Source: Octopus sinensis (Eukaryota). From it: 64,000 nt of DNA. The DNA lies in assembly GCF_006345805.1 (NCBI RefSeq), contig NC_042998.1, forward strand, positions 42,036,001 to 42,100,000. Reading direction: 5' to 3'. Of this stretch, positions 38,201-49,696 are shown one piece after another. The notes beneath the pieces were generated by a model. That model did not search any database and was not told the origin of the DNA. It saw only the letters and a list, made by a program, of their open reading frames with translations. The position numbers and the translations under genes are program-made. How positions within the stretch are numbered: position 1 is the first letter of the stretch; every line of letters begins with the position of its first letter.

Positions 38201-38501
38201 TTGTTGTTGTTGTTTGTTCCTTCTCGAGCCATGCCTGGCTCATAAGGGCCGGTTTCCCAGTTTCCTTGGCGTATAGGTTCCCCACTTGGATGGGACGCCG
38301 GTTCGTCGCAGGTGAGCTGCAAGATGCAGGAGGAAAGAGTGAGAGAAAGTTGTGGCGAGAGAGTCAACAGAAGTTCGCCAATACCTTCTGCTGGAGCCGC
38401 GTGGAGCTTAGGTGTTTCGCCCATAAATCTGAGATTCGAACCCGCGATCCCTCGACTGCGAGTCCGCTGCTCTAACCACTAGGCCATGTGCCTCCACAAA
38501 A
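38201..38501 (-). mobile_element. Young tRNA-derived SINE with V-like domain and 11-bp TSD
   Basis: TSD tacaaccttgg at 38190-38200 and 38502-38512. A box tggcctagtgg, B box ggttcgaatc, cctgcgacgaaccggcgtcccatcca segment, (CAA)n tail; CpGs retained. Confidence 0.85.
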
Positions 38502-39369
38502 TACAACCTTGGCTCTTCATACCAGACTCATTCCAGACTGGCAAGGAACCAAATGTCTCAATTGCAGTATGGAAGGTGGGAGAGCTTACATGCCATGTGA
38601 TACACAAAGGCATCATTTGGAAATTGCAATGGTATATAAACACTTCCCCGTTGGTGATGCTGGATAATTTACTCCTGTTGTTGTAGACTATGTTCTTTAC
38701 TGGTAAAGCTTCAACACATCTGTGAGAAAAGCTCCTGGGAGTTTTGGCTGTGTGTGTATGTGTAATAGGAGTAAGAGTATGTTTTTCTGTCAGTCTGTGT
38801 GTATAAGTATACCTTGATTTTGAGGGAACTTTTGATGCTTACAGATCACTTTGAAATGTTCTTTTCTATCTGTAGTTTTATTGCTCAATATTTATCAGAC
38901 AACAGCTTATTAGGAAGTGTTTTTGTAAAACTTGCTTTTTGTTGAAAACATTGGGGCTAGCTTTTTATTCTAATCTGGTAAATTATGGATTAGTTGCATC
39001 TGATTAATATTCATAAGGGTTTACAAACTAGTCATCCACAATACTACTAGTCTGACTTGACACTCTTTTGTTTAATGCTATAAAATATTAAATAAGTGTG
39101 TGATGGTATATTGTGTACCAAAAAACATCATATATTTGCATGAAACTATGTATGTGTGTAAATGTATTTGTATTATTGCATTTTATTGATTTCCATTATG
39201 TATTAAACATTTTTATGATTATGTACTGAAATATATACTAAATTATAAATTAAAAGGTAGATGTGCATTATATGCTAGATCTAACAAAAGTATACTCGGA
39301 ATTTTGCCTCTAGGCCAGTGAAGAAACCTCTGTTGGCCATTTGATTTGCTAGTAATATGAACTAAATCT

Positions 39370-39757
39370 AAGGTGGCAAGCTGGCAGAAATGTTAGCACG
39401 CCAGACAAAATGCTTAGCAGTATTTCTTCTGTCTTTATGTTCTGAGTTCAAATTCTGCCGAGGTTGACTTTGCCTTTCATCCTTTCGGGGTTGATAAATT
39501 AAGTACCAGTTACGCACTGAGGTCGATATAATCGACTTAATCTGTTTGTCCCCTCTGTGTTTAGCCCTTTGTGGGTAGTAAAGAAATAGGTATTTCGTCT
39601 GTCTTTATGTTCTGAGTTCAAATTCTGCCGAGGTTGACTTTGCCTTTCATCCTTTCAGGGTTGATAAATTAAGTACTAGTTGCGTACTGGGATGGATCTA
39701 ATTGACTAGCCCCCTCCCCCCAAATTTCGGGCCTTGTGCCTAGAGTAGAAAAAAATA
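39370..39757 (+). mobile_element. Deu/Nin-like SINE, dimeric (core repeated with ~170-bp period)
   Basis: 39421-39540 is nearly identical to 39591-39710; the two cores carry different tails. Confidence 0.75.
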
Positions 39758-41957
39758 TGAACTAAATTTAATTCAAACCAGTCCTTTCTGTTTAAAAATA
39801 TATTACTAAAATCATTTCTGAAGCACTGTATGTTTTTAATCTATACTGAATGTTACCCCAAGTTTCATTTAAAGAAAAATGAGAGTTTCAAACACTACAG
39901 TATCAGTTATCTTAACGAACTCATATCTGTTGGTAGCTTGTTACTTTACATTACTTGTGGTAACAGACTGTCCTACTATCAGATATATATAATTATAATT
40001 TACATATGTAATAGGGTTTTATTTTTATGCTTGTTATTTCTATTTGTATATAGTTGTATGCTGAAGTAACCTCAATTAAAAAAAAAATTGAATCAATAAA
40101 ATGACACTAATGATATTGACAGCCACTTTGAATGTTTCCCTAGCGAGAAATGAGCCCAGCCTGTGTAGAATGAATTTTTGAAGCTACAAAAGTAATGTGG
40201 AAGTGTAAATATGCAAATGACTAAAGCGGTAGTTAGTAGCAGGAGCCACAGAAGTCAAACAGTATCAAGGAAATATCATTTGTCTGTATGTTGGGAAACA
40301 ATTGTAGTTAAAGAAATATTAGTACAAGTTTTAAAAAGAGGCTTTGATGTGAGTCAGTTTCCACATGACAATTGTAAATTCTTGAATGGATAGAAAAGCA
40401 GGTAGAGATTAGCATGATAGTGCAGGCTGTCTTGTACACTTTATAAATGTTGTGTAGATGTGAGCCTGCACTATTGCAAGCTAAACCAATATTGGAGTCA
40501 ATAAATGAATTTTAAGTCAGGAAAGTGGCAATTTTGTAGAAGGCAATCATAGAGAATAAAACTGTAAATGATAAATAAAGCAAGATATGTTTATGCATCA
40601 AGCAGCAACTATGCTTAAATTCTACCACATAAAAACTCATTTGCTATATTTCTAGTCAGACAACTAAATTGCAAATCTTTGACACAGTCACATCTATTTA
40701 TTATTAAAGGTGTTTTGTTGATTGGTTGGGCTCTGTCATTCAGTGATGAGAGTTCAGTTGCTCAGCCAACTAAAATACTTCTGAAACAATGTGTAAGTAT
40801 CTTGGCATTCTCCAGATACATGGACCTTTGATGTAATTCTCAGGTAGAATCAATGACACATTGTGTGACAAGGCCGCACCTTTTGAATAACAGATGCAAC
40901 CCGCTTAACAGGAAGATACAGTGTCCATCTCCCAGTTTCACTCACTAGATATGGATTGGCCTAAGGCTATAGAAAATGGTATTTGGTTAAGGTAACACAC
41001 AGTGGAATTGAACCTGAGATCATCTTTGCCATTGTGAAGCAAAGTTCTTAACTATTTAGCCATACTATGCTTACTGTATAATGTACAATCATGCTGAAAA
41101 AAACATAGAGTAAGAATCGGCAGTAAACCCAATAAATAAAGTGCAAAATTGGTGTGAGTGTCTCTGAAGTTTTGTTGTTATTCATTTGTTTAACTTAATC
41201 TGAAATTCATAACTGAAGCTGTACAGAAAAAAATTGGAAGTGTAAATATGCTAATAATTAAAGTGGTAATTAGTATCAGGGGCACAGAAGTCAAACAGCA
41301 TTAAAGAAATGATTCTGGTCAGTATACAGGATGGAAAGAAGCAGGAATTTAGCACTCAAGGGAAACATTAGGTATACAAAAATGTCAAAGAAGTAGCAGC
41401 ACCAAATGTGCTAGAAGTAATTAACAGCATAAGAGATCACTGTCTAAGGTAGCTTGAATAATACACTAAAATTAGTTCATATGTCCTGTTATTGACATGA
41501 TTAAGAACTGCAACTTGGTGATCATTAAGGCATTGTGTAGAATATATGGTAGTATTTTTCTCTGTCTTTTTGTTGTCTGAGTTCAAATCATACTAAGTTA
41601 ATTTTGCTTTTCATCCTTCTGGGGCTGATAAATAAGGTACTAGTACAGGATAGTGGAGTGATGGAATTTGTTAGAATGTTGGACTGTTTCTTTATGTTCT
41701 GAGTTCAAATTCTGGATTTCTATCACCAGTCTTCTTGAAGTAGGAAAACGGGTCCTTTCAACATCCAGCTTTCAGTGATAAGTTTCCAATAGACATAACA
41801 ATGCATTGATTTGAGTTATATGTTAATTGCATCAATAAGAGCAAGTGACCCCTGCATGAAACAATATAAATGCTAGGAAAGAAAAAAGTGAAATAGTGTG
41901 GTTAATAGTAGAGATGTGTGTGACAAGAATGTGGTGAGTTTTAGGGTTTTAGGAGCA

Positions 41958-42027
41958 ATGGCAATAAAATTCTCTCTTCAAATCATAGATTTATGGCAAT
42001 AAAATTCTCTTTTCAAATCATAGATTT
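41958..42027. repeat. 35-bp tandem duplication
   Basis: atggcaataaaattctct(c/t)ttcaaatcatagattt x2, 1 mismatch. Confidence 0.9.
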
Positions 42028-42054
42028 GTGTCAAAGTTTTTAAAACATATCTAT

Positions 42055-42300
42055 TTCTTTACTACCCACAAGGAGCTACACACAGAGGGGACAAACAAGG
42101 ACAGACAAATAGACTAGGTCGATTATATTGGCAGTAAACTCAATAAATAACAGTGCAAAAGTGCGTAACTAGTACTTAATTTATCGACCCTGAAAGGATG
42201 AAAGGCAAAGTCGACCTCAGCGAAATTTGAACTCGGAACGTAAAGACAGATGAAATACCACTAAGCATCTCTCCCGGCGTGCTAATGTTTCTGCCAGCTT
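42055..42300 (-). mobile_element. Deu/Nin-like SINE carrying a 30-nt foreign insert
   Basis: Reverse complement of 39370-39590; insert at 42131-42160. Confidence 0.75.
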
Positions 42301-42833
42301 TTAAAACATATCTACAAGATGAGATGGTATATGATTAGTCTTGGACAAAAGCTATACAATGAAACAATGCTGATGATGATTGTGGTGACAAAAGGAAGAG
42401 AACAACTATAGCAATAACAATATCAAAGTTAGAATGACAATATGTATGGTTAGGACTCATGGCATAGACCATGTTCCCTATAGTTGAGAGAGGTTTTATC
42501 AATAGACTAATTAAGAATCAATTTTAAGACTGATATTGCTAAATGCAATATAACCATGATAGGAAAGCAGTGGTTTTACTCTTTTGAATAAAAAAAAATA
42601 TGATCTTTCATGTTACTCATCAAAAATGGCACATTAATTTTATTGAAGAGAACATTAATATTGAAAAACAATAAAATAATGAAAAGATAAAAGCAATGTT
42701 GTAAAATGCTACATCTCTTAAACCTCTCCCCATTCTTTCTCTCTTTCCCCCTATCTCTTGCGCTCTCTTACGCTCTTCTCCCACCTCTCATCCTCGTCAA
42801 TTTATTGTTTATATTTTTTTCATTCTATTTCAG

Positions 42834-42956
42834 AGGAAACCTGTGGCCTTCGCTGTGAGGACAAATGTTTCCTTTGATGCTTCATTGGACGATGACTCCC
42901 CAGTCCATGGATATGCCATCTCCTTCACATGCAAGGACTTCTTGCACATACTGGAG
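42834..42956 (+). CDS. CACNB: Ca channel beta subunit exon (SH3 start): [41 protein letters not shown]
   Basis: tttcag| and |gtaagt, 123 nt, phase 0-0. Matches [17 protein letters not shown]...AISFEAKDFLHIKE. Confidence 0.97.
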
Positions 42957-43715
42957 GTAAGTAACACTTTCTAAACATTCTTCTTGGCTATACTATTAAT
43001 ATTTTAATGAAATGAAAATGTGTTTGTCATTATGCCACAGACAATAACATCCATTCATTTCACTGTTTGCACTAAAATATTACCAGCAAATAAAGTAAGC
43101 AAAACACTTGCTAGTACATTATAAAATACAGTTCTAACACTTAACAATTCCTTGAAGTTTAGTTGTCTCTCTAATGGCACTAAACTATCAATCACATTGT
43201 GTTATGTTGTGATATGTCATCATGCTTCCCTAAGGATGGGTAGTATACTTAGCAAGCCTAGACCCTCTAGAGAATGGTAGGAGTGGAATGAATGATAGTA
43301 GGCCAGTGTAGTTGAATTTTTAGTAGTTGTGCTAGAATTTATTGATTACTATGAATATATGACTAGGTTAACGAGTTCATGGCTTGCATATGTAAAGGTT
43401 TTGTTTTTGAAAGATACTTATTAAAGATGGTGATAATTACAAAGACTTGTTGAATAGGTCTTTTTTAAAGTAATTATTGTGCTAAAAACCTCAAAAGAAC
43501 AGATATACAAATAATATAAGGAGTAACAATAAAAAAAAACTTCATACTTTTGGTAAATGTCCTTAACTACTGCCTACTGTCTCAATGGTTAGGTATGTGT
43601 AACACTATTCTACCATATGATTTCCACTGAAATGCTGCTGTTTCACTTCAATTAGATCATAATTTTATGACACGTATGTTTCAATATGATTCGACGTTAA
43701 ACGATGATGATGATA

Positions 43716-43751
<36 letters not shown>

Positions 43752-43896
43752 TATATATATGTGTGTGTGTGTATGTATTTATATATGTATATGTATGTGT
43801 ATCTATGTGTGTGTATATGTGTGTGCGTGTAATATATATATATCTATATACATGTATATCTGTATCATTTGTATATATACATATATATATATATAT

Positions 43897-44109
43897 CATC
43901 ATCATCATCATCATCATCATCATTTAACGTCCGCTTTCCATGCTAGCATGGGTTGGACGGTTCAACTGGGGTCTGGGGAGCCCGAAGGCTGCACCAGGCC
44001 AGTCAGATCTGGCAGTGTTTCTACAGCTGGATGCCCTTCCTAATGCCAACCACTCCGAGAGTGTAGTGGGTGATTTTATGTGCCACCGACACAGGTGCCA
44101 GACGAGGCT
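43897..44109 (-). mobile_element. Young RTE-tailed element, 5'-truncated; near-identical to 33757-33963
   Basis: About 3 differences in 186 bp by manual comparison. Confidence 0.8.
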
Positions 44110-44110
44110 A

Positions 44111-44520
44111 TCATCACCATCATCATCATCATCGTTTAACATTCGGTTTCCATGCTGGCATGGGTTGGACAGTTTAATTGAGGTCTGGAGAGCCAGCGGC
44201 TGCATCAGGCTCCAATCACCAGGCTTCCAATTCCAATCTGGAATTGCTTCTACAGCCGATGCCCTTCTTAATGCCAACCACTCTGAGAGTGTAGTGGGTG
44301 CTTTTAATGTGCCACCGGCACATAAACGTGATCATTTCCAGGCAGGATGGTGCTTTTTACATGCCACCAGCACGGAAGTCAGTCAGGTGGACCTGGCATT
44401 GACCATGTTTGGATGGTGCTCTTTACGTGCCACCAGCATGGGAGCCAGTTACGGACACCAACCCCAGCTATGATATTGATTTTATTTGACTCAACAGGTC
44501 TTCTCAAGCATATCATATCG
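44111..44520 (-). mobile_element. Older copy of the same RTE-tailed family, head-to-tail
   Basis: (CAT)n, then gtttaacattcggtttccatgctggcatggg...gatgcccttcttaatgccaaccactctgagagtg. Confidence 0.65.
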
Positions 44521-44598
44521 CCCGATGTATATATATATACATACACACACAAGGCAGTGCCCCAGCATGGCTGCAGTCTGATGACTGAAACAAATATA

Positions 44599-44641
<43 letters not shown>

Positions 44642-44899
44642 ATATATATATAATATATATATATATATAAACATATATAAACACATACATGTTTGTGTGT
44701 TTGCATGTATATGTATATATATATATGTATGTGTATGTATATGTATATATGAATGTGTATGTGTATATATATATATAATTATAGCTCAAGAAGAAGCACA
44801 CTCTATGATGTAGAGCAATATATATATATTAATACATATATTTTACAAACAATTGTACATCTTAAAGTGTGCTTCTTCTTTCAGATTTATGTTTTTTAC

Positions 44900-44909
44900 A
44901 AATGATATA

Positions 44910-44988
<79 letters not shown>

Positions 44989-44989
44989 G

Positions 44990-45023
<34 letters not shown>

Positions 45024-45052
45024 ATATATATATGTATATATATATATATATG

Positions 45053-45130
<78 letters not shown>
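44900..45130. repeat. Long (TA)n microsatellite
   Basis: Read directly. Confidence 0.95.
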
Positions 45131-45134
<4 letters not shown>

Positions 45135-45234
45135 TCGTCATTGTATCATATATCTGAAAAAGAACCACACATATATACATTTTATGAATTTGTGTTGCAA
45201 GATTCCTTATGTGAAGTTGTGTTGAAACAGATAT

Positions 45235-45971
45235 TGTTGTATTTCAGGATGTTCTTTTTACTTTTCTTTTCTTTTTTTTTTTGCCAAATAAACATATGCA
45301 CTGTATATTCATTCCTCACTCATTTGTTTTTGTTCTTATTCTAACGCATGTCCATTGTCCAGAAATCTTTCATCACACATCTGTGACCTCATCAGTGACA
45401 CTTTTTGTCTTCATGTATGCTCTTGCTCTGCTTATTCCATTCTATTCTTCTACGATGTGTATCCTTATGTGTGCATGCGTCTGTGTTTGTGTGTGTGTGT
45501 GTGTGATTATTAGTAGCACTATGTCCTCCCCACAGCCCTGTCCCCTACTCTGTTGCCACATTGAGCCCAGGTTCAAAGGCAGTAGCAGTGGCAACGGGGT
45601 AGGGGATGGGCTGAAGGGGTGTCAGTGCTATTAAGAACAATGACACACACACACACACACACGCACACACACACACACACGCACACACACACACACACGC
45701 ACACACACACACACACAATGTACATGTACACACACAAACACAGATGCATGCACATATATGGATACACATCATACAAGAACAGAATAGAAGAAGCAGAGCA
45801 AGAACACACACAAAGACAGAAAGTGTCACTGAGGAGGTCACAAATGTGTGATGAAAGATTTCTGATCAATGGACATGTGTTAGAATAAGAACAGTAATAA
45901 ATGAGTGAAGAACAAATATTTAGTGCATGTGTTTATTTGGCAAAAAAAAATGACCATCCTGAAATACAACA
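45235..45971. repeat. ~737-nt foldback (long inverted repeat, ~28-nt loop)
   Basis: Left arm 45235-45559 is reverse-complementary to right arm 45588-45971 (about 85% by eye, including paired (GT)n/(AC)n tracts). Confidence 0.92.
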
Positions 45972-45977
45972 CACATT

Positions 45978-46011
<34 letters not shown>

Positions 46012-46150
46012 GTTGAAATTTACAGTAAAACAAAGGATGAAGACAGGTGTATGAACAACAAGCAGGTGTATTAATTAGACACTCGGGAAAGTGAGAAAGT
46101 CTTTTACGTTTTGAGCCTACACTCTTGAACAAAAAGGAATAAGAGAAAGG
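46012..46150 (-). mobile_element. Penelope-like terminal fragment with dead hammerhead motif
   Basis: Homolog of 14297-14478. Minus strand 46136-46101 reads CUUU-UUGUUCA-A-GAGU-GUAG-GCUC-AAAAC-GUA-AAAG. Confidence 0.5.
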
Positions 46151-46159
46151 TCTCGGTCA

Positions 46160-46660
46160 CTAGTCATTGCCTCAGTGAGGCCTAATGTTCGAAGGTCGTG
46201 CTTCACCACTTCATCCCAGGTCTTTCTGGGTCTACTTCTTCCACAGGTTCCCTCAACCACTTTTTCACACAGCTTTCCTCATCCATTCTCGCCACATGAC
46301 CATACAAGTGCAGTCGTCTCTTTTGCACACCACATCTGATGTTTCTTAGGTCAAACTTTTCTCTCAAGGCACTTACACTCTGTTGAGTATGCACACTGAC
46401 ATTACACATCCAGCAGAGCATACTGGCTTCATTCTTTGCAAGCTTATGCATGTCCTCAGCAGTCACAGCCCATGTTTCACTGCTGTGTAGCATGGCTGTT
46501 CACACACATGCATCATACAGTCTACCTTTCACTCTGAGCGAGAAGCCCTTTCTTACCAGCAGAGGTAGGAGCTCTTTAAACTTTGTTCAGGCTATTCTTA
46601 TTCTAGCAGCTATGCTCTCAGAGCATACCCCACCCTACTGCAATAAATTGTTCCCCTGAT
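46160..46660 (-). mobile_element. RTE-clade LINE 3' fragment (post-RT region)
   Basis: ARIRIAWTKFKELLPLL..KGFSLRVKGRLYDACV.TAMLHSSETWAVTAED...RRLHLYGHVARMDEESCVKK. Confidence 0.8.
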
Positions 46661-47579
46661 GGTCCATTGCAGTTAAGCATCCAAATGCACTTGATACTGA
46701 GTTCCAAATAACTGCAACCATGAAACGTATGTAGGAACTAATAATCTATGTTTATGTTAATTGTAATTTTCTACTATATATGCTCAGTATATCATAGATT
46801 GTAACACTGCTAAGTATAGTGGTAGACTAAACAGTATACTGGAAGCTGGTTGGATAAGGATAATCTACATGGAGCTTTAACTCATACTGTTGTAGTTGTA
46901 CATCTAACTGTACATATAGGGTATATATGTACTTATATATATGTGTGTGTGTGTGCATGCATCTGTGTGTCCTTGTCTTGACATCTTACAGTGGTTGTAA
47001 ACAAGCTTTGTTCATTTTCAGTCTTCTCTGAAAAACATGTTTGGCTATAGAAAACATTGCTTTGCTTGGTAACAGGTGTGTGTTGGTGACAGGGATGGGT
47101 GGGGGGCATCTGACCATAGAAAATTTGCCTTAATAGATTCCTTCTGACCCATGCAAGCATGGAAACTGTTTAGACAATGATGATGATAATGACAATTACA
47201 CACTCACACACACACATATGCTTCATATGAATTTTTTCCAAACTTATTTGAAACTTTTTCATAAAGAAATAATTATATAATGACATGCTAAAAACCTTTC
47301 TTTCGTAATAGTAAATATAAGTTTACTTAAATCAAGCTTGCTACAAGTTGGAATTTTGTTGACAGATTGTAACAAATGTTGTGTAACTAGGAGAGGATGA
47401 TTTCTCTCAGCATAGGTCTATTCAACTTTAGTGCAGTCGATATACAGAATATATAAGCTGATGGTGAAGATTTGGCAAATATTTTGTAAATTATTTTAAA
47501 TCAAAAATATACATATTGTTATTTAGAATTTGTGTGTGTGTGTGTGTGTGCGTGTATCAATGAATACATACACACACAT

Positions 47580-47613
<34 letters not shown>

Positions 47614-47636
47614 TGCGCGCACACACATACACACAC

Positions 47637-47669
<33 letters not shown>

Positions 47670-47822
47670 CATCATCATCATCATTTAGCGTCCGTTTTCC
47701 ATGCTAGCATGGGTTGGACGGTTCAACTGGGATCTGTGAAGCTGGAAGGCTTCATCAGGCCCAGTCAGATCTGGCAGTGTTTCTACGGCTGGATGCCCTT
47801 CCTAACGCCAACCACTCCATGA
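47670..47822 (-). mobile_element. Short 3' copy of the RTE-tailed element
   Basis: catcatttagcgtccgttttccatgctagcatgggttggacggttcaactggg. Confidence 0.7.
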
Positions 47823-48119
47823 GTGTATATATATATATATATATATACGCACATTTTTTAATTTTTTTCAGTTCTCTCTCTCCTCTAGTTTAGTCTGTAA
47901 CTAATGCACATATATGTCTTGCCATATTAAATAAGATTTCTTTCACTATGGGATGGATAGTGAGAGTTAAATTCTAAGTATTGGTGTGTCAATGGCTTTG
48001 CTATAGAGATCAGTTTTAAATAGTTTTATTTTCCTTAATTATCAAAATGTCCAGAAGTGAAAGTTCCTCTTCGCTCATTTCCAGTGTGACCTGTATTGAT
48101 TCATCAATATTATTGATTA

Positions 48120-48345
48120 ATTTATGGACTCTTTATAATGTCTTTCTTATTTCTGTTCCAAACTATGAAACAGTTATCTAGGACTCTTTTCCAATTATCT
48201 TCTAAATGAGATTGGAAATGCTGATCAAAAATAAACTTGGATTGGATATAGATGTTTTCTACTAAGAATTCCATCATTAGTGTCACAGCAGTGAGTATGA
48301 CTTTCATGCTCATTGCTGTACCTTTTATTTGAAGGTAATATCATC
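48120..48345 (-). mobile_element. Penelope-like reverse transcriptase remnant
   Basis: Minus strand YYLQIKGTAMSMK...LMMEFLVENIY...LEDNWKRVLDNCFIVW matches the PLE RT GTAMG...W.RF.DD.F..W motifs. Confidence 0.7.
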
Positions 48346-49486
48346 TTATTTTTTAGCACCAGTGGTAATCCTTTTAGTATGATTTTATGTGTATGTATAT
48401 ATATATATATGTGTGTATATATATGTATTATATGCTCAATAATAATTAATTAGAATGATGTGTGTGCATATGTATGTGTGTGTGTGTGTGTCTAAAAACT
48501 AACCATCATAATTAACTACTCTGAAATTATAGTTAAATATATGTCTTTATTGCATATCATCATCATTCCATCCTTGATATTATCATCATCATACATCTCT
48601 TTTCCAATGCTCACATGGGTTGGGTGGATCTCACACCATCCTGCTTCTCATTTCACTCTTTTATCCTTTGGTAAATAAGGAACATAAAAAACTAGCTGCC
48701 TTTGCCATATCTATCATATTTTTGGCATAATTTTTATGGCTGGATACTCTTCCTATCACAGGCCTCACCACAGCATGGGTTAAGTGCATTGTATCATGCA
48801 CCAACACTAGAAGTGGTTGTACTTAAAGTTACAGTTCTCTTGTGTTGATATTTGCAGAGTTCATGTTTTCTTGTCATTTCTTTCATTTTTGACATATTTT
48901 TTGTGGGATGCTCTTCCTCTCACCCACCACTTTGCAATGTCAACCGGGTGTATTTTATTATGCTGTCACTGTTAGGTAAGTTGTTTCTAAAAAGCCAATA
49001 TATATTTTCTCCTTATGCCACTTCTGTATATTCTTTTCATTTTTAGTTTTCCCCTTTCTTTTCATTTAAATTTTATCCTTGTAGTGGTATTTGTACATAT
49101 CTTAATTTTGCATTATGAAGCCATTTTCTTTTCATCAGCAATTGGAGTCATTCCATAGATTAGACATTGGCATTATTTGTTGCATTCATATTGGGATCTT
49201 GATATCTTAGTAAGCATCATTATGTTATCTACAAATATTTATCCCTAAGGTACCTTCAAATTGGTTTTCTGTTGTATTTGTTCACAATTTCATGGTTCTG
49301 TGTTCTTGTTATTGACAAACAATCGTTGTTGTGTGTATATTGCTCAAAGTTTTGGATCTTGTATGTGATTCCTATTTTATATGCTGTAAGGATACTTTCT
49401 AAGGAGTTCAGTTGCTACATTGAGCAGAGTATGCAATCATCCACACAACAAATCCACCAAACAAAGTTCTAGCATCACATAAATGG

Positions 49487-49696
49487 ATTAATACTTTAGC
49501 ATTCAGTTTATTCTGCTAAATGTAATGCTTATTTACTCACAATGTTTGGAATTATTCATGCATTATATCATAGCTTGGCAATTTCGATAATGTCATTATT
49601 TTTAGAATGATATTGTAGGATAGGTATGAGAGGCCAGATCTGCATGTTTTGAACATAAAACTGGTAGAATATTTGGGCCAAATCTTAATGGGTTAA
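49487..49696. mobile_element. piggyBac-like MITE (near full length, decayed)
   Basis: Ends ttaatactttagc ... gggttaa; homologous to 241-412. Confidence 0.4.

Noticed and set aside
16270-38501. tRNA genes at SINE heads (e.g. 16362, 31960, 38420-38495)
   Set aside because: A/B boxes are present, but there is no complete cloverleaf and each runs into a SINE body.
38486-38750. ~88-codon open frame on the minus strand next to the young SINE
   Set aside because: No recognisable domain, weak splice signals, and the length is compatible with chance.
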